From Eledone cirrhosa (taxonomy: Eukaryota), in the NCBI GenBank assembly GCA_964016885.1, contig OZ024743.1, positions 322,152,001 through 322,216,000 of the forward strand: a DNA stretch of 64,000 nt, read 5' to 3'. Numbering within the stretch: position 1 is the stretch's first letter; the number at the start of each line of letters is the position of its first letter. A program made the translations under genes and the position numbers. The notes beneath the pieces are model-generated. The model ran no database searches. It had not been told where the DNA came from and was given only the letters and a program-made list of their open reading frames with translations. Positions 26,973-40,304 of this stretch are shown piece by piece.

Positions 26973-29033
26973 TGTAGCGGTTGTCTCCCTTGTTTTGATT
27001 AGGATCTAGACGGGAGGTGGAACCCTTTCTGCAACTTCCGGTCAGAGCCCTATAAAACTAACAACTTTAAGCTTCCTTTCTCTCATTGCCTTTTCGGCAC
27101 CAGGTCAAGAGCCTCTCATTCGGCTCTGCCATTCATTTGGCCAACAGGCGCCTGGCCTTAGCCAGGCGTCCTCTGCCAGCCGCGTTTGCCTGGCAATCAA
27201 AACGGTAACTACTAACTTTGCTTCATTCTAACATCATCCTCATCTTTGACATGTCAACTATACTATCTACCATTGTTAATTAAATATTATACACACAAAC
27301 AATGTAACCCTTGTTACATTCATACAACCCACCAGTAATTTCGCTACATTGGTGACCCTAACGTGATGCGAACACGCAGCCGTTCATCGCTATAAGTGGT
27401 CACCCCAATAAAATAAAAAAATAGCACATCTGGTTTTGTGTGACTAACGTTACGAATACACAGCAAATTTATCGACAAACTATGAAAATACTCAAGGACA
27501 CGCACACACGCACATGTGGAATTCGCACAGACAGACTTTTTCTCTCACGCATCAACTAACTGTCGCATTTCACCAATATATATATATGTTTCTCGTTTCT
27601 TACAACGAACTCTTTCAAAAAAAAAAAAAAAAAAAAGAAATTTGATATTCTTTAAAAAAACATTTCAACAGGAACATTTATTTTCGATGAACCATTGCCT
27701 TTTTTTTCATCGTTTTCTTCATCGTTCAAGTTTTTTTTTTTTTTTCCAAAAGTTCACACCAATAATTATGCTGAGTGAAGCCTTTCTTTTTCATCATTGT
27801 CACTTTCAAAATTGCACTATCATTTTCTCGCGCGTTAGAAATATTATTTTTTTCAACCTTGTATTGGCACGTGTAGGCAGCACAAATTCTCGATTCACAG
27901 AGATGTCTCTACTCACAGACAGCCGCACGCCAGAGATAACATTTCTCACCAGGGATTCTTCAGCCTTAAGCTATATTCTTCTATTTGCCGGTTTATAAAT
28001 TTACAATGTAAATTTACCGTTGATAACCGCGCATTTATTAAGAATGCTTATTTCTATGGTCGCTGGCCTCTTGACCCTTCCAGGTCAACGCATTCTCAAC
28101 ATCGACCATCAACTTCGGCTGCTATTTCTAGCACTTTGCGCAACTCATTTTTTCTAAAAAAAATTTTTTTACTGTGAATTTAAACACCGAATACGCTCAC
28201 TCAGCGAGACAACAGCAGCAGCAACAGCAATATAACAGCAACAGCAATACATCAATACAGCTTCACCAAAGCCAGAGAATTCATTTTTGCAGCACTCTTC
28301 CTGTGAGAAAATCCATTCGGAGGTTGGAAATTTCACGATATACCACAGAACAGAAACCACCTGCATTCATTCTCTGGAACACACTTTCTTTCCTGCTGTC
28401 ATGTGATTGCACACCTGTGAACTATATTTTGAACTTTGAGCTCTTCTATTACTTTTACTTTATTACATTGTATCTTTGGGTGATGGATAGATGGATGTCC
28501 AGTCGTTCTCTGGCCAAGAGCGGTTGGCTACCTTGATATCTATCATTGATTTTTCCAAACATTCTTTTGTCGTAATTTTCATGCCTGTTACAACATTCTC
28601 GCCAACTTGCTACATATTTTCATTTCGATTTTTATACACTAAAATTCTGGCGGGAGGTTATGTAGCGGTTGTCTCCCTTGTTTTGATTAGGATCTAGACG
28701 GGAGGTGGAACCCTTTCTGCAACTTCCGGTCAGAGCCCTATAAAACTAACAACTTTAAGCTTCCTTTCTCTCATTGCCTTTTCGGCACCAGGTCAAGAGC
28801 CTCTCATTCGGCTCTGCCATTCATTTGGCCAACAGGCGCCTGGCCTTAGCCAGGCGTCCTCTGCCAGCCGCGTTTGCCTGGCAATCAAAACGGTAACTAC
28901 TAACTTTGCTTCATTCTAACATCATCCTCATCTTTGACATGTCAACTATACTATCTACCATTGTTAATTAAATATTATACACACAAACAATGTATTCCTT
29001 GTTACGTTCATACAACCTAGTATCATCGCTATA
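26973..29033 (+). mobile_element. Non-autonomous gypsy-type LTR retroelement (~2.06 kb)
   Basis: LTRs at 26973-27348 and 28661-29033 (TGTAGCG...CGCTACA/CGCTATA), 4-bp TSD CATG, PBS TGGTGACCCTAACGTGAT (near-complement of tRNA-Trp 3' end), PPT-like GGCGGGAGG before the 3' LTR, no gag/pol ORF. Confidence 0.93.
27048..27060 (+). promoter_or_regulatory. LTR TATA box candidate; polyA-like ATTAAA at ~27279
   Basis: CCCTATAAAAC in both LTRs. Confidence 0.45.
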
Positions 29034-29761
29034 CATGTAAGAAGAACAAAGAAATGTGCATGAGTGTCATTTCGGTTAAATGTTACTGCCAACAACATTT
29101 ATAATTTTTACTTAAATATTCTTCGTTTTTAAATTTGTTCTCGTTTATATTTTTCAACATAACAGTTTCTCTAAAATAAGAGCATGAGTATGTTTATATA
29201 AAAGACTGTCACAGCTTCAACCCAACCAACACTTGATTAAAGACAGATGCTTTGCAGAAAGAAGAAATTGGATTTGTAAACAAGAAACGAAACGAAATTA
29301 TATAAACAGCAAAGTGAGCCGCAAATCAACAGTTTTCTTTTTTTTTTTGTTTTCTTTCTGCTTTTCCTAAAGTTGAATTGAAAGCAGAAATGTAAATTTG
29401 TGGATAGATGAGAAGAATATATATAATTCTATTTATTCAGTTTCCTAAAACATTTCTATGATGGTTCTGCAAAGCGAGCTGGTTGATCACTGAATAAGCT
29501 CAGCCAACAACCAGCTCGCTTTGTTAAACCATCATAACTATGTTGTAAAAAACTGAATAAATACAAGTATGTGTCTCTATTATCAATATTGAGTTCTGCC
29601 TCCCCTTGTGAACTATCAAAATCACTGGATCTGAACATAACATATATATATATATATATTCTTAGTAAATGTAAAAAATCTCAAACGCAAAAAAAATAGT
29701 TGTGAACACAGTTACGCAGTTGATTGTTATAAATAATAGCTTAGAAAATTGGATAAAATAC

Positions 29762-29900
29762 CCCTGCTCACCATCATCGGCTCAGAGTTGGCTACCCGCA
29801 GGTGTGAGCCTCATGATCTGGAATGGCTCTTCCAGTGCGTCTCCCTCACCATCCTCTGGCGAAACGCCTTCTCTATTTTGTCCGCCGTGACCGCAGGGCG
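29762..29900 (+). pseudogene. CRE-like RLE retrotransposon extreme 3' fragment
   Basis: LLTIIGSELATRRCEPHDLEWLFQCVSLTILWRNAFSILSA; homologous to 11400-11535. Confidence 0.75.
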
Positions 29901-31329
29901 GCCAACGCGTGGGCTCCCATTTGTTCATAATAGTGAGAAATGGGGAGAGCGGAAGAGACGGATGTAATGGCAGTGGGAGTTTGGTTCTTTTGTGTTCGGA
30001 CCTGGTGTATATGTATATGTTTCAAGGACACACACTCCTGCAACTAAATCATGACAGGATGTTAAGAGTTAACAAATTTGTAAATATTTATATAAGCAAA
30101 ATGGTGTCGAACTTATATAAGAATATCTATCTAAACAATGTGCAAACATTGTAGAATGAATAGACAATACAAAACATTTAACAAGACATGAACCAACAAC
30201 ACCACCAACACAGTCAGAAAAGGGTAGCCAGTAACCATAACTTTTTTCCGCCAATAAGGGTATCTCACCAGATTTTCTAAGTTATTGTTCATAGCAATCA
30301 ACTGTGTACACAGTTATTTTCTGTGTTCACGATTTTCTACATTTACCAAGAACTTCAATTCTCTCGAAGCTCCGATGGTTTATTAACATATACTATTTTA
30401 AAACACAAACTTTGAAGTTGAGCACCCGTTTATCACTGGATGCCTCTCTTTATCCGACTGTTCGCTAAGAGTCACAGAGAAAGAACCATATATCTCGCTA
30501 CATGGCACATTGGGTTAACCAATGCCTTGTAAGGGGAATTTGGTAAATAGAAACTGCAGAAGTGCGTTGTGTGTGTGTGTGTGTGTTTACGTTTGTGCCT
30601 GTGTTGATGTCACATAACCTAGCGGTTCGTCAAAAAGCGATAGATGAAATAAGTACTAGACTTTAAAAAATAAGTTCTAACATGGCCGCAGTCGAATGAC
30701 AGAAACTAATAAAATACGTGTGCTTGGTGTGTGCATATGAGTGTGTGTTTGTATGAGTGCGTGTGTGTGTATGTGTATGTTTGTGCCTGTGTATGTGTGT
30801 GTATGTGCCTGTGTGTATGTGTATATGTGCGTGTGTATATGTATGTGTGTGTTTATGTGTCTGTGTGTGGATGTGTGTGTGTAAGTACATCATTAAAAGA
30901 CAGGATGTGGTAGGTGGAGGCTGTCGTCAAGTTGATTTGATGTGTGTCACAAGGTTATTTCAGTTTACCTGGTTATACAGGTGAGACAAGGAACTTTATG
31001 GTATGTACTTCACAACAACAACTAAAGAAATAACATGGAGACAGCCACAGCGACTCAACAGTTTCTACAGTAACTGATACATCTACCACCAGTAATTACA
31101 GCAATTCCTCTTTTCTCTTTAACACACCATTTGTCATCATCATCAACATCATCATTATCATCATCATCATCATTAATATCAACATCATCATCATCATCAT
31201 CACCAACATTTATCCTCATAGATATCATCAACAATATCGTCATCAACATCATCATCACCAACATCTTCATCATCAACAACATCACTACGACCATAACCAC
31301 CACCACCACTACAAGTGTCAATAGAATCA

Positions 31330-32380
31330 ACACTACAGCCACCACCAGCAACATCATTACAACCTCCAATACCACCAACGAAACCACTACAGCCACCAAC
31401 AACAACACCACCATTACAACCTCCAATACCACCAACGAAACCACTACAGCCACCAACAATAACACCGCCATTACAACCTCCAATACCACCAACGAAACCA
31501 CTACAGCCACCAACAACAACACCACCATTACAACCTCCAATACCACCAACGAAACCACTACAGCCACCACCACCAACAACAACATCATTACACCCACCAC
31601 AACCACTATCACCAGTACAACCACCTCACCTAAACATTACGACCTCCGCCACAACCATTAATGTCTCATCACCACCACCAACTACCAACATCACCACCAT
31701 TAATCCCACCATCACCACCTACGCCACCACCATTAATGCCGCCATCACCGTCCACCAAAGACCACTACCGAACACCAATACCGTCCACCAACGACCACCA
31801 CCATCCTTCACCACCGTCCACCAACGACCACCACCATCCACCACAACAAACCGCCACCATCCTCCACCAACGACCACCACCATCCACCATAACAAACCGC
31901 CACCATCCTTCACCACCGTCCACCAACGACCACCACCATCCACCACAACAAACCGCCACCATCCTCCACCAACGACCACCACCATCCACCATAACAAACC
32001 GCCACCATCCTTCACCACCGTCCACCAACGACCACCACCATCCACCACAACAAACCGCTACCATCCTCCACCACCATCCACCAACGACCACCACCATCCA
32101 CCACAACAAACCCCACCATCCTCCACCACCGTCCACCACCATCCACCACAACAAACCGCCACCATCCTCCACCAACGACCCCCACCATCCACCACAACAA
32201 ACCGCCACCATCCACCACAACAAACCGCCACCATCCTCCACCACCATCCACCAACGACCACCACCATCCACCACAACAAACCGCCACCATCCTCCACCAC
32301 CATCCACAACAACAAACCACCACCATCCACCACAACAAATCACCACCATGCTCCACCACCTTCCACCAACGACCACCACA
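31330..32380. repeat. ACC-rich minisatellites: 57-bp unit x4, then ~102-bp unit and derivatives
   Basis: CATTACAACCTCCAATACCACCAACGAAACCACTACAGCCACCAACAACAACACCAC repeated at 31353-31590; longer ACC units at 31780-32380. Confidence 0.85.
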
Positions 32381-32849
32381 TCAGCTAATCCCATGATGTC
32401 TACTTCTACAACAGGGTTTCAAACGTGTGCTCTGCCACTTTTGCTTCCCTGTTTTAGTAATATTTAATAATATGTAGAGTACAATTTATGGTAACTTACT
32501 CTGGAAATGCAATAAAATAGAAAAATGGAATTAAGGAAATTTTGAGACGGAAAATTCGTCGGCCTACATTTTGCATTAATCTAAAAAAAATTATAAATTG
32601 CAGCCTGTCAGCTGTATTGCAGATTAGCGTTATAACTCGTGGAAATCATGCCCTCACCTAATCTCACTTTTGGTCCCCTGTGCCTCTTCCCACAAGACGT
32701 AATGGCCCTTTTGAGTCCCTAGGTTTGAGACCCTTATTCTCCAGTAACATATGTCATCTTTTAAAAAAGAACAGCTAACACAAGAAAAATAATGAATAGC
32801 ATATTACAATAAATAACCTTTTCGAGTAGAATATCTCTCTAAGTTTCCA

Positions 32850-33500
32850 TACTCCGCACTATGGCTCCAACATAGAGGAGGGAGAAAAGGTGGCATTCTT
32901 ATCAAACTGAGCGCGTAATGCGATAGTTGACTGTATAGTTTGACCACTGAGCTGATGCCACTGTATATTGTAACTATCCAGCTTCTGAAAACGGAACAGA
33001 AACCAGTTTCTTTCAGGACAGCTTCTAGCTAGAGATGGTCGACCTCGTCTAAAACTTTGGACTGGTGTAGGTCGACCAGAGGTCAGCTGAAGCGATATTT
33101 ATTCCCGATCGGTTAACGACGTATCGCACGAAATAGAGATTGTTGTCGGGAGATTTGCTAAAGATCGCTGAGGTATATACCACACTAACTACGACTGTTG
33201 ACAAAATTTTAAACTCTTGTTCGAAGCCTTTCTCAGCAGCGCATCTTCTCTCCGGCTCACACGACCAGGAACGCTCTATGTCATCTGCCAACAATAGGAA
33301 ACAACTACCAAAGTAGCTGTGAACAAGTAGAAATATAATTTATATGGCAGAGTATACAATCCCGGTGATTTATCCTTCACACAGTGTTTCAGCATATCCA
33401 CCACTTCAGCTACTGAAATCAATTTTTTGCAGAACTCTGCCTCCGGTCGAGAATCGACAGGCCGTGTAAAATAGGCATCGAAGTCCATCGTATCTCTCCG
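32850..33500 (-). pseudogene. Decayed Tx1/L1-type reverse transcriptase fragment
   Basis: LISVAEVVDMLKHCVKDKSPGLYTLPYKLY (SPGxDGLPxEFY-like), QEFKILSTVV, and QSKVLDEVDHL*LEAVL (D.xKAFDRVDH-like). Confidence 0.7.
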
Positions 33501-33906
33501 TTGCTCATTGCTACTTATCCCGGGTTCCGTTGCGTGAAGTGACTGAGAATATAAGACTCCCCACTGGACAGGACGCCAGTTCATCACAGAGTTACTCCCC
33601 ACCCAGCTATTGCTAGTACTCAAATATCCTGTGATATATATATATAAAATAAAATAAAATAAATAAGTCAAATATTTAAAATTTGGCTTCGTTTATTACT
33701 GGTATATATATTTTGGTGACAGCCATCTTTGGCTGAGACCTCTTCAGGCAGTCCGAATGAATTAGTGTGGTAGAGACGAGTACCCATGTTGTTGAGGTGT
33801 TTAACTTTGTCAATACCCTGATATGCCCAGTTCCTGGTTGGGTTGTTATTTCTCTGAGAAACTGGAATCATATAAATTCAAACAAACGAATTTCGGCGTC
33901 AAGGAC

Positions 33907-33958
<52 letters not shown>

Positions 33959-34222
33959 ATCCGTATGTAGTTGAAGGCTCAATACCGAAGTAAAGTTTTA
34001 TTATTCATTTTATTAAGGCTGAAAAGTGAATCTTGTTACTCTGGATTTTCGCCTGTTTATCACAGCGTCATCTTGTCTGAAGTGAATTATAACCTGTTGA
34101 CTTGTACTTCATGTCTATATATATATATATATATATATATTAGTAAAAGGAAAAGAAAATGCTGTCAAATTTTTCCCAGTGAAAAATAGTTTAATTAGGA
34201 ATAAGTATAAATTAGTAATAAG

Positions 34223-34272
<50 letters not shown>

Positions 34273-34277
<5 letters not shown>

Positions 34278-34710
34278 AAAGAATAGAGGTGTAACACACA
34301 AGTTATTATATATTGGTAAACGGAATAGAAAATGCTGACAAATTGTTCACAGTTGAAAAATGGTTTAATTAGGAATAAAAGAGTATTAGTGATTGTATGG
34401 GTTAGTATTCAGTTGTGGTTTTAAGTTTTTAAGTTTTTACCGGTTGCGCATTTTTAAATGCTTTTCAAAAATAATTTTGAGATAGAGTGTCCGTGCTGTT
34501 TGCTCTGATCTGAGCAAACAGGAGCAAACAGCACGGACACTCTATCTCAAAATTATTTTTGAAAAGCATTTAGAAATGCGCAACCGGTAAAAACTTAAAA
34601 ACTTAAAACCACAACTGAATACTAACCCATACAATCACTAATACTCTTTTATTCCTAATTAAACCATTTTTCAACTGTGAACAATTTGTCAGCATTTTCT
34701 ATTCCGTTTA

Positions 34711-34714
<4 letters not shown>
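34273..34714. repeat. Palindrome (193-bp arms, 16-bp spacer) of the same family as 17712-17990, with hammerhead variant
   Basis: Arms 34313-34505 and 34522-34714; one-sided extension 34273-34312; TTT-TTGAAAA-GCATTT ag AAATGC-GCAA-CCGG-TA-AAAA at ~34556-34593. Confidence 0.9.
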
Positions 34715-34771
<57 letters not shown>

Positions 34772-35889
34772 CAAATTTGGACGGGAACAAAACAGAGAGG
34801 CAGATAAATAAAATTTATTAGGTTCACGCTCTTGAGAGTGTGGGGAGGGGGCGTTTCGGGCATAAGCCCTTCTTCATGAGAAAATAGGTTAGGAAGAGAG
34901 TTCCGAAGGTGTGTAGAGGAGGGGTGGAAATACATTTAGAAAAAAGGGGGAAGGAGAACAAATAAAAATAAAAATAAACGTAAAAATAAACATAAGAATA
35001 AACAATAAAATGAACAAGTGATGGAAGGGTGTGAGGCGGGTGGAGTTGAGAGAGGGGGCGGAGGAGTCGAAGCAGGGAAAGCTGAAGGTGGTGTTTGTGT
35101 ATGTGCGTGTGTGTATGTGAATGTGAGAGTTGGAGGAAGAACGAGGTTCCATGTTCAGGAAAAGGTGTGCGTGGGGTATATATATATAGTGATTGTGATT
35201 GTTGGAGAAGACTAGCTCATCAATGGAAACTAGATTGGGCCGATTTCAAGGTTGTCACATGATTCAGACGATAATTTAGGATTTAGATGAGTAGGGGTGA
35301 GGTCGATGTTTAAACTGAGATACGACAATAAATAATCGGACAAAAGCATAGTCTTTCCACCATCCACCCGCCTGCACTTGACCCATAATAATGTGGTTGT
35401 GGTGGAAGTGGTGGGAGTGGTGGGAGTGAAAGGTTTCTTATCTTTAAGGATACAATAGGTTTCTAGTGAAATGTCCTCGTGTGAGTGGCACATTCTTTAT
35501 TTTATCACCGTTGTTCGATAACCTGTATTGTGTACTGAAGGGTGTATATGTGTGAGTGTGTGTAGTGTATATGTGCGTAGGTGAGAATGTCTATGTGTGT
35601 ATATGTATGTATGTGTGTGCATGTATATCTGTGCGTGAGAGAATATATATGTGAAGGTGTGTATATGTCTATGTGGGAGTGTATATTTGTGAGGGGAGAG
35701 TGTATATGTGTGTGTGGTTGAATGTATATGTGTGTGGTGGAGAGTGTGTATGTCGAGGGGATGAGTGTATAAGTGTAGGTGTGAATGTATATATGTGTGA
35801 GTCTATATGTGTTTAGGGAAGTGTACATGTGTGTAGTGGAGAGTGTATATGTGTATAGGTGAGTGTATATAAGTTGGGGAAGAATGAGG

Positions 35890-36045
35890 TATGGCTGTGT
35901 GGTTAAGAAGTTCGCTTCGCAGCTACATAATCGTGGGTTTGATCCCAAAGACTGATACCTTGGATAAGTTTCTTCTAATACAAACTCAGGTCGATTCTGT
36001 CTTGTCTGCTAATTTGGTAGACCTAAACTGCAAACAAATCCGTGC
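35890..36045 (+). mobile_element. tRNA-derived SINE (second family), degenerate
   Basis: TGGCTGTGTGGTTAAGAAGTTCGCTTCGCA...GGGTTTGATCCC A/B-box-like head. Confidence 0.55.
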
Positions 36046-36047
36046 AT

Positions 36048-36620
36048 ATCATCATCATCATCATCATCATCGTTTAACGTCCATGTTCCACGCTTGCATG
36101 GGTTTGGACGGGAGTTTTCCCACTTGAGGCAAGAGTGGTCGTCTTGCTCGCATAGGACTGTCTGGCGGGTTTTCTACAGCTGGATGCCCTTCCTAACACC
36201 AACCACATTTACAGTGTGGGACTGGGAGGTTTTTACCGTGTTGCCTACACGGCCACATTACAGCGTGGACTGTCTGGCGGGTTTTCTACAGCTGGATGCC
36301 CTTCCTAACACCAACCACGTTTACAGTGTGGGACTGGGAGGTTTTTACCGTGTTACCTACACAGCCACATTACAGCGCGGATGTGTGTTTTTTTGTCGTG
36401 ACACCTACACGATCTCATTTGTTTCGGCCTGGATGTTGTGGCACCAACATAACTTTACATTGAAAGGGGCGGTGTGGATGGGGGGGGGTGTATTTTGTTA
36501 GAGATGCCTACTGACTGTAGTAGGTTTTACTTTGTATTTAGGTAAGGCGGGTCTTCTCTATTACTGAGTACCGCCAAAGATCTCGGTCCAGTGACATTGT
36601 CTTGGAGAGGTGTAAGTGTG
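36048..36620 (-). mobile_element. Retroposon 3' region with (CAT)n tail and an internal ~111-bp tandem duplication
   Basis: (CAT)n-CGTTTAACGTCC...; GGACTGTCTGGCGGGTTTTCTACAGCTGGATGCCC...CATTACAGCG repeated at ~36155 and ~36267. Confidence 0.55.
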
Positions 36621-36696
36621 TGAGGTCGGAGTTTATCAGGTCGTCCCATATATATTAATTCAAAATATTAACAAAATAGATATTCTTGTGATCAAG

Positions 36697-36767
36697 TATA
36701 TTTTATTATACATATTTCAGAGGTACTGGGTTAAGTTCAACAGTACGTCCTCATCAGATAAAATATA
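36697..36767 (-). ncRNA. Type I hammerhead ribozyme motif
   Basis: Minus strand TATATTTTAT-CTGATGA-GGACGTACTG..CAGTACCTCT-GAAA-TATGTA-TA-ATAAAATATA; 10-bp stem I. Confidence 0.75.
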
Positions 36768-36849
36768 GTAGATGACATAGTAGATGGTTAAGATTCAGTC
36801 ATCTATTGTAAAACTCATTCTTTGATGTATTCATTGAACCTTGTTTAAC

Positions 36850-36902
<53 letters not shown>

Positions 36903-37392
36903 TTTGTTGGTTCACCACTGGATAGAACTGATCATTCCATATAGTCAACCTTGATGTAATATTAGGGAGAGCACTCGACGTAATGCAGCTCACCCGTCTT
37001 CGTTTGTGTTGTTGGTGGTGCGAGTACGGAGTTAATTATTATAAAATAACAGGAAGATAGACTGGTGTAATTCCTTAAAGATTGATTATACTATGAACGT
37101 TTCAATGACCGGGTTCAGTATGAATTCGGTGACATAATCAGGTATTCCGAAATTTATCCAATAAAGGAATATAATAATAGACACAATCCAAGGGGCTGAA
37201 AAGCAGAGAGAAATGCCCAAGACGAGAAGGCGACCAAAAATTAGCAGTTGCTAGTCCGGGCTAGTATATATATACACACACACACACACATACATACATA
37301 CATACATACATACATACATACATACATACATACATACATACATACATACATACATACATACATACATACATACATACATACATACATACATA

Positions 37393-37995
37393 CATGGTGG
37401 CTGCCAACTCGTTTTCGAGTACGGCCACTACTTTATATCTGCGCTGAACGAGTGTGACATTTTAGTCCAGCCAGCGACTTGAAAACTCTGATACAAACAC
37501 TACACGTGTGACAATTATACATACATACATGGTGGCTGCCAACTCGTTTTCCAGTACGGCCACTACTTTATATCCATGTAGGAGAACCCCTACCGATGCG
37601 CTGAACGAGTGTGACATATATACATGGTGGCTGCCAACTCGTTTTCGAGTACGGCCACTACTTTATATCCATGTAGCAGGACCCCTACCGATGCGCTGAA
37701 CGAGTGTGACTTTTTAGTCCAGCCAGCGACTTGAAAACTCTGGTACAAACACTACACTTGTGACAATTATTGACACATAGTGCTGGGCCCATGGTACCAT
37801 GTGACGACAAGTGCAGAGAGATCTCCAGATATAAAGCAATGCCTGTGCCGTGAAGCTTTTATAGTGAGCAAAGGCACTGCACAAAGCCAGTCCCACTCTC
37901 TTAACCAAGATGATATTTACCAAAAAGAAGAACAAGTCAACATCATTGGATACCATTAGGGTTGCAGGTGTTATATCAGAGTTTTCCTTCTCCTA
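37393..37995 (-). mobile_element. Non-autonomous RTE-derived element with triplicated 3' end and (CATA)n tail
   Basis: CATACATGGTGGCTGCCAACTCGTTTTCGAGTACGGCCAC occurs three times; 37835-37995 is homologous to 49808-49990. Confidence 0.65.
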
Positions 37996-38003
37996 TGCAT
38001 GCA

Positions 38004-38043
<40 letters not shown>

Positions 38044-38047
<4 letters not shown>

Positions 38048-38187
38048 AACCAGTAAGACCCCGACAGCTGAGCTCAAGCCGTTTCGACGGCTAATTCTGG
38101 ACGGCTAGTTTCGACGGCTAATTCTGGAGTCCAGAATTAGCCGTCGAAACGGCTTGAGCTCAGCTGTCGGGGTCTTACTGGTTCCTA
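38044..38187. repeat. Palindrome of a PLE-like end containing the 3' half of a hammerhead
   Basis: TAGGAACCAGTAAGACCCCGACAGC...CTGGA / TCCAG...GCTGTCGGGGTCTTACTGGTTCCTA; GTC-GAAA-CGGC..GCTG-TC-GGGG; internal ~25-bp re-duplication. Confidence 0.8.
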
Positions 38188-38619
38188 TTACCCACTCTAC
38201 TACCTCAAGTATTGAGTACTTTGGTGCGTTATGGTCCACCTGGTTCCTTACCACATTTCCTTCGTTATATATATATATATATATATGTAAGTATGTATGT
38301 ATACGTACATACATATATGTATACAGACGTACAGTATACATACATACTTACATTTAAGTAAGTGCCGTACTAAGAGTGAGAAATGAAATTTCGTTTCATT
38401 CTATTCCAACTTATATATATATATATATATTATAAGTTACCAAACATTTCGTGAAATATACCAACTTCGGCGAGACTCGAACTTAGATCATAAATGTAAA
38501 TAGATATAACAAAATCTTGCGTTAACAACAACAAACACAACTTCAAGCACGACCGATAATTCCTGTCACAAAAATAAGATAGTCACGATTGGCACGCTTT
38601 TTGTCCTAAGTCGCTTACC

Positions 38620-38950
38620 TGAGGCTAACTGGGTACTCCCTCGGTTATGATGATGAGTAATCCAGTTGATACGACCAAAGGAACAGCCTGCTCGTGAAAT
38701 GAACGTGCATGTGGGTGAGTATTCCAAGACACGCGTACCCTTAGTTCTCAGGGAGATTCAGCGACATAAAGTATGTGACAATGCTTACCCTTTCGAATTA
38801 CAGATACAACTCATGTTTGCCAGCTGAGTGTACTGGAGCAACGTGAAATAAAGTGTCTTGCTTAAAGACACAACGCGCCGCCGGGAATCTAACACACGAC
38901 CTTACGATTGCGAGCCGAATACCCAAACCACAAAGCCATGCGCCTTCACG
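38620..38950 (-). mobile_element. tRNA-derived SINE (third family); truncated copy at 41118-41235
   Basis: Minus strand GAAGGCGCATGGCTTTGTGGTTTGGG...GTTAGATTCCCGG...GTGTCTTTAAGCAAGACACTTTATTTCACGTTGCTCC. Confidence 0.7.
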
Positions 38951-40304
38951 CCTGGGGCTAAATAACATCAACAACAGTGATCTTATCGGATGCCTTAACA
39001 GCAGCAGTAACAAAAACAATAACGACCACCACTAACACCATGAAAACAACAATGTATGTATGTATGTATGTATACATGTATGTATGTATGTATGTATGTA
39101 TGTATGTATGTATGTATGTATGTATGTATTTTATAATTTTTTTTTTTTTTCGCCTGAAAAAAAAACCTGCGGCTTCGGAAGCATCCGATGATGTTGACCA
39201 GTTCTCCTTTTCGGGTAATGTTTTCGATGCTCAGAGAGTGGGATTGGTCGAGGGCAAAACCTTCAAAATACAGGCATTGCTTGTTCATGATATGTTACAG
39301 GTTCGTGTGGCTGGCCGTAGCCTAAAAGTGCACCATCTTCTGTAATCTGACAAGCGATCGCAATACTCTTAGCAGAGTTTGTAGCCATCATGTATGTATA
39401 GACCCGTAATTCCTGGTAGTGTCATTGGGACGCTGTATTGACAGCCTTTCTTTGGCATTTCTGTTTAAACCTGGCGGAACCCATCACCTCTCTAAATCTG
39501 AGCACAGCAGGTTTCTTCCAAAGAAGGAGTGAGAATGATAAAGAGGAAGTGAGAAAGAGATATAAAAAAAGAATAGACCCCTAGTACTAGACTGGTTTTT
39601 TTTATCGATCTTAGAATATGACAGGCAAAGTGGAAACAACAATAATGATATAAAAAATAAAGGTAATTTTTAGAACATCCCCTTCGATTTCAGTTGGGCG
39701 GGGGGACTTTTTTTCCCTCCTATTTTTCGTTTCCTCTCAATTTCATCTGACCTCCAAGATGCAATCCACTTTTTTCTCAGGAAAATGGAGGTGGTTGGGT
39801 GGGTGCCCCTCCTTGGAGTTTTATCTACATTACTTTTTTGTTTCACGTGTTATCAACCAATATGACTTCCAAATTAGTCGGAGACGACTAGCTTTGTAGA
39901 AAGAGGAGTGGGGAATGGAGGCGGAAAGACCATAGTATTTTCGCAGATCTACCCCTATCCCCTGTGTTTGGTGGGAAATGATTATTTTTCTTCGGTTTTT
40001 TCGTGTTATCAACTAATCTGACCACCACTATGGTTACTCGACCTGCTTAAAATAGCAGCCAAACCCTCTTCTAATTACACTCTAAGTTGGTGGGACGCAA
40101 TCAGGATGTAGTCCAAGCGGCCCCTTTATAGGATAGGGTGGTCATGGATAGAATGTTTCTGATCCTATGTGTACTTGGTCAGGGCTGACCTAGGGTTAAA
40201 CAACAACATCATAAACAGTCAGCAAGGGAACCTCTATATGGTTTACGGACTAGCTAGAAATAGCATCCTAATTTATAAAAAAAGAGATGGTTATACTTAG
40301 AATA

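Noticed and set aside
31055-32467. Long Pro/Thr/His-rich ORFs (up to 357 aa) resembling mucin or extensin
   Set aside because: ACC-based minisatellite is open in nearly all frames on both strands; no unique domain or signal peptide
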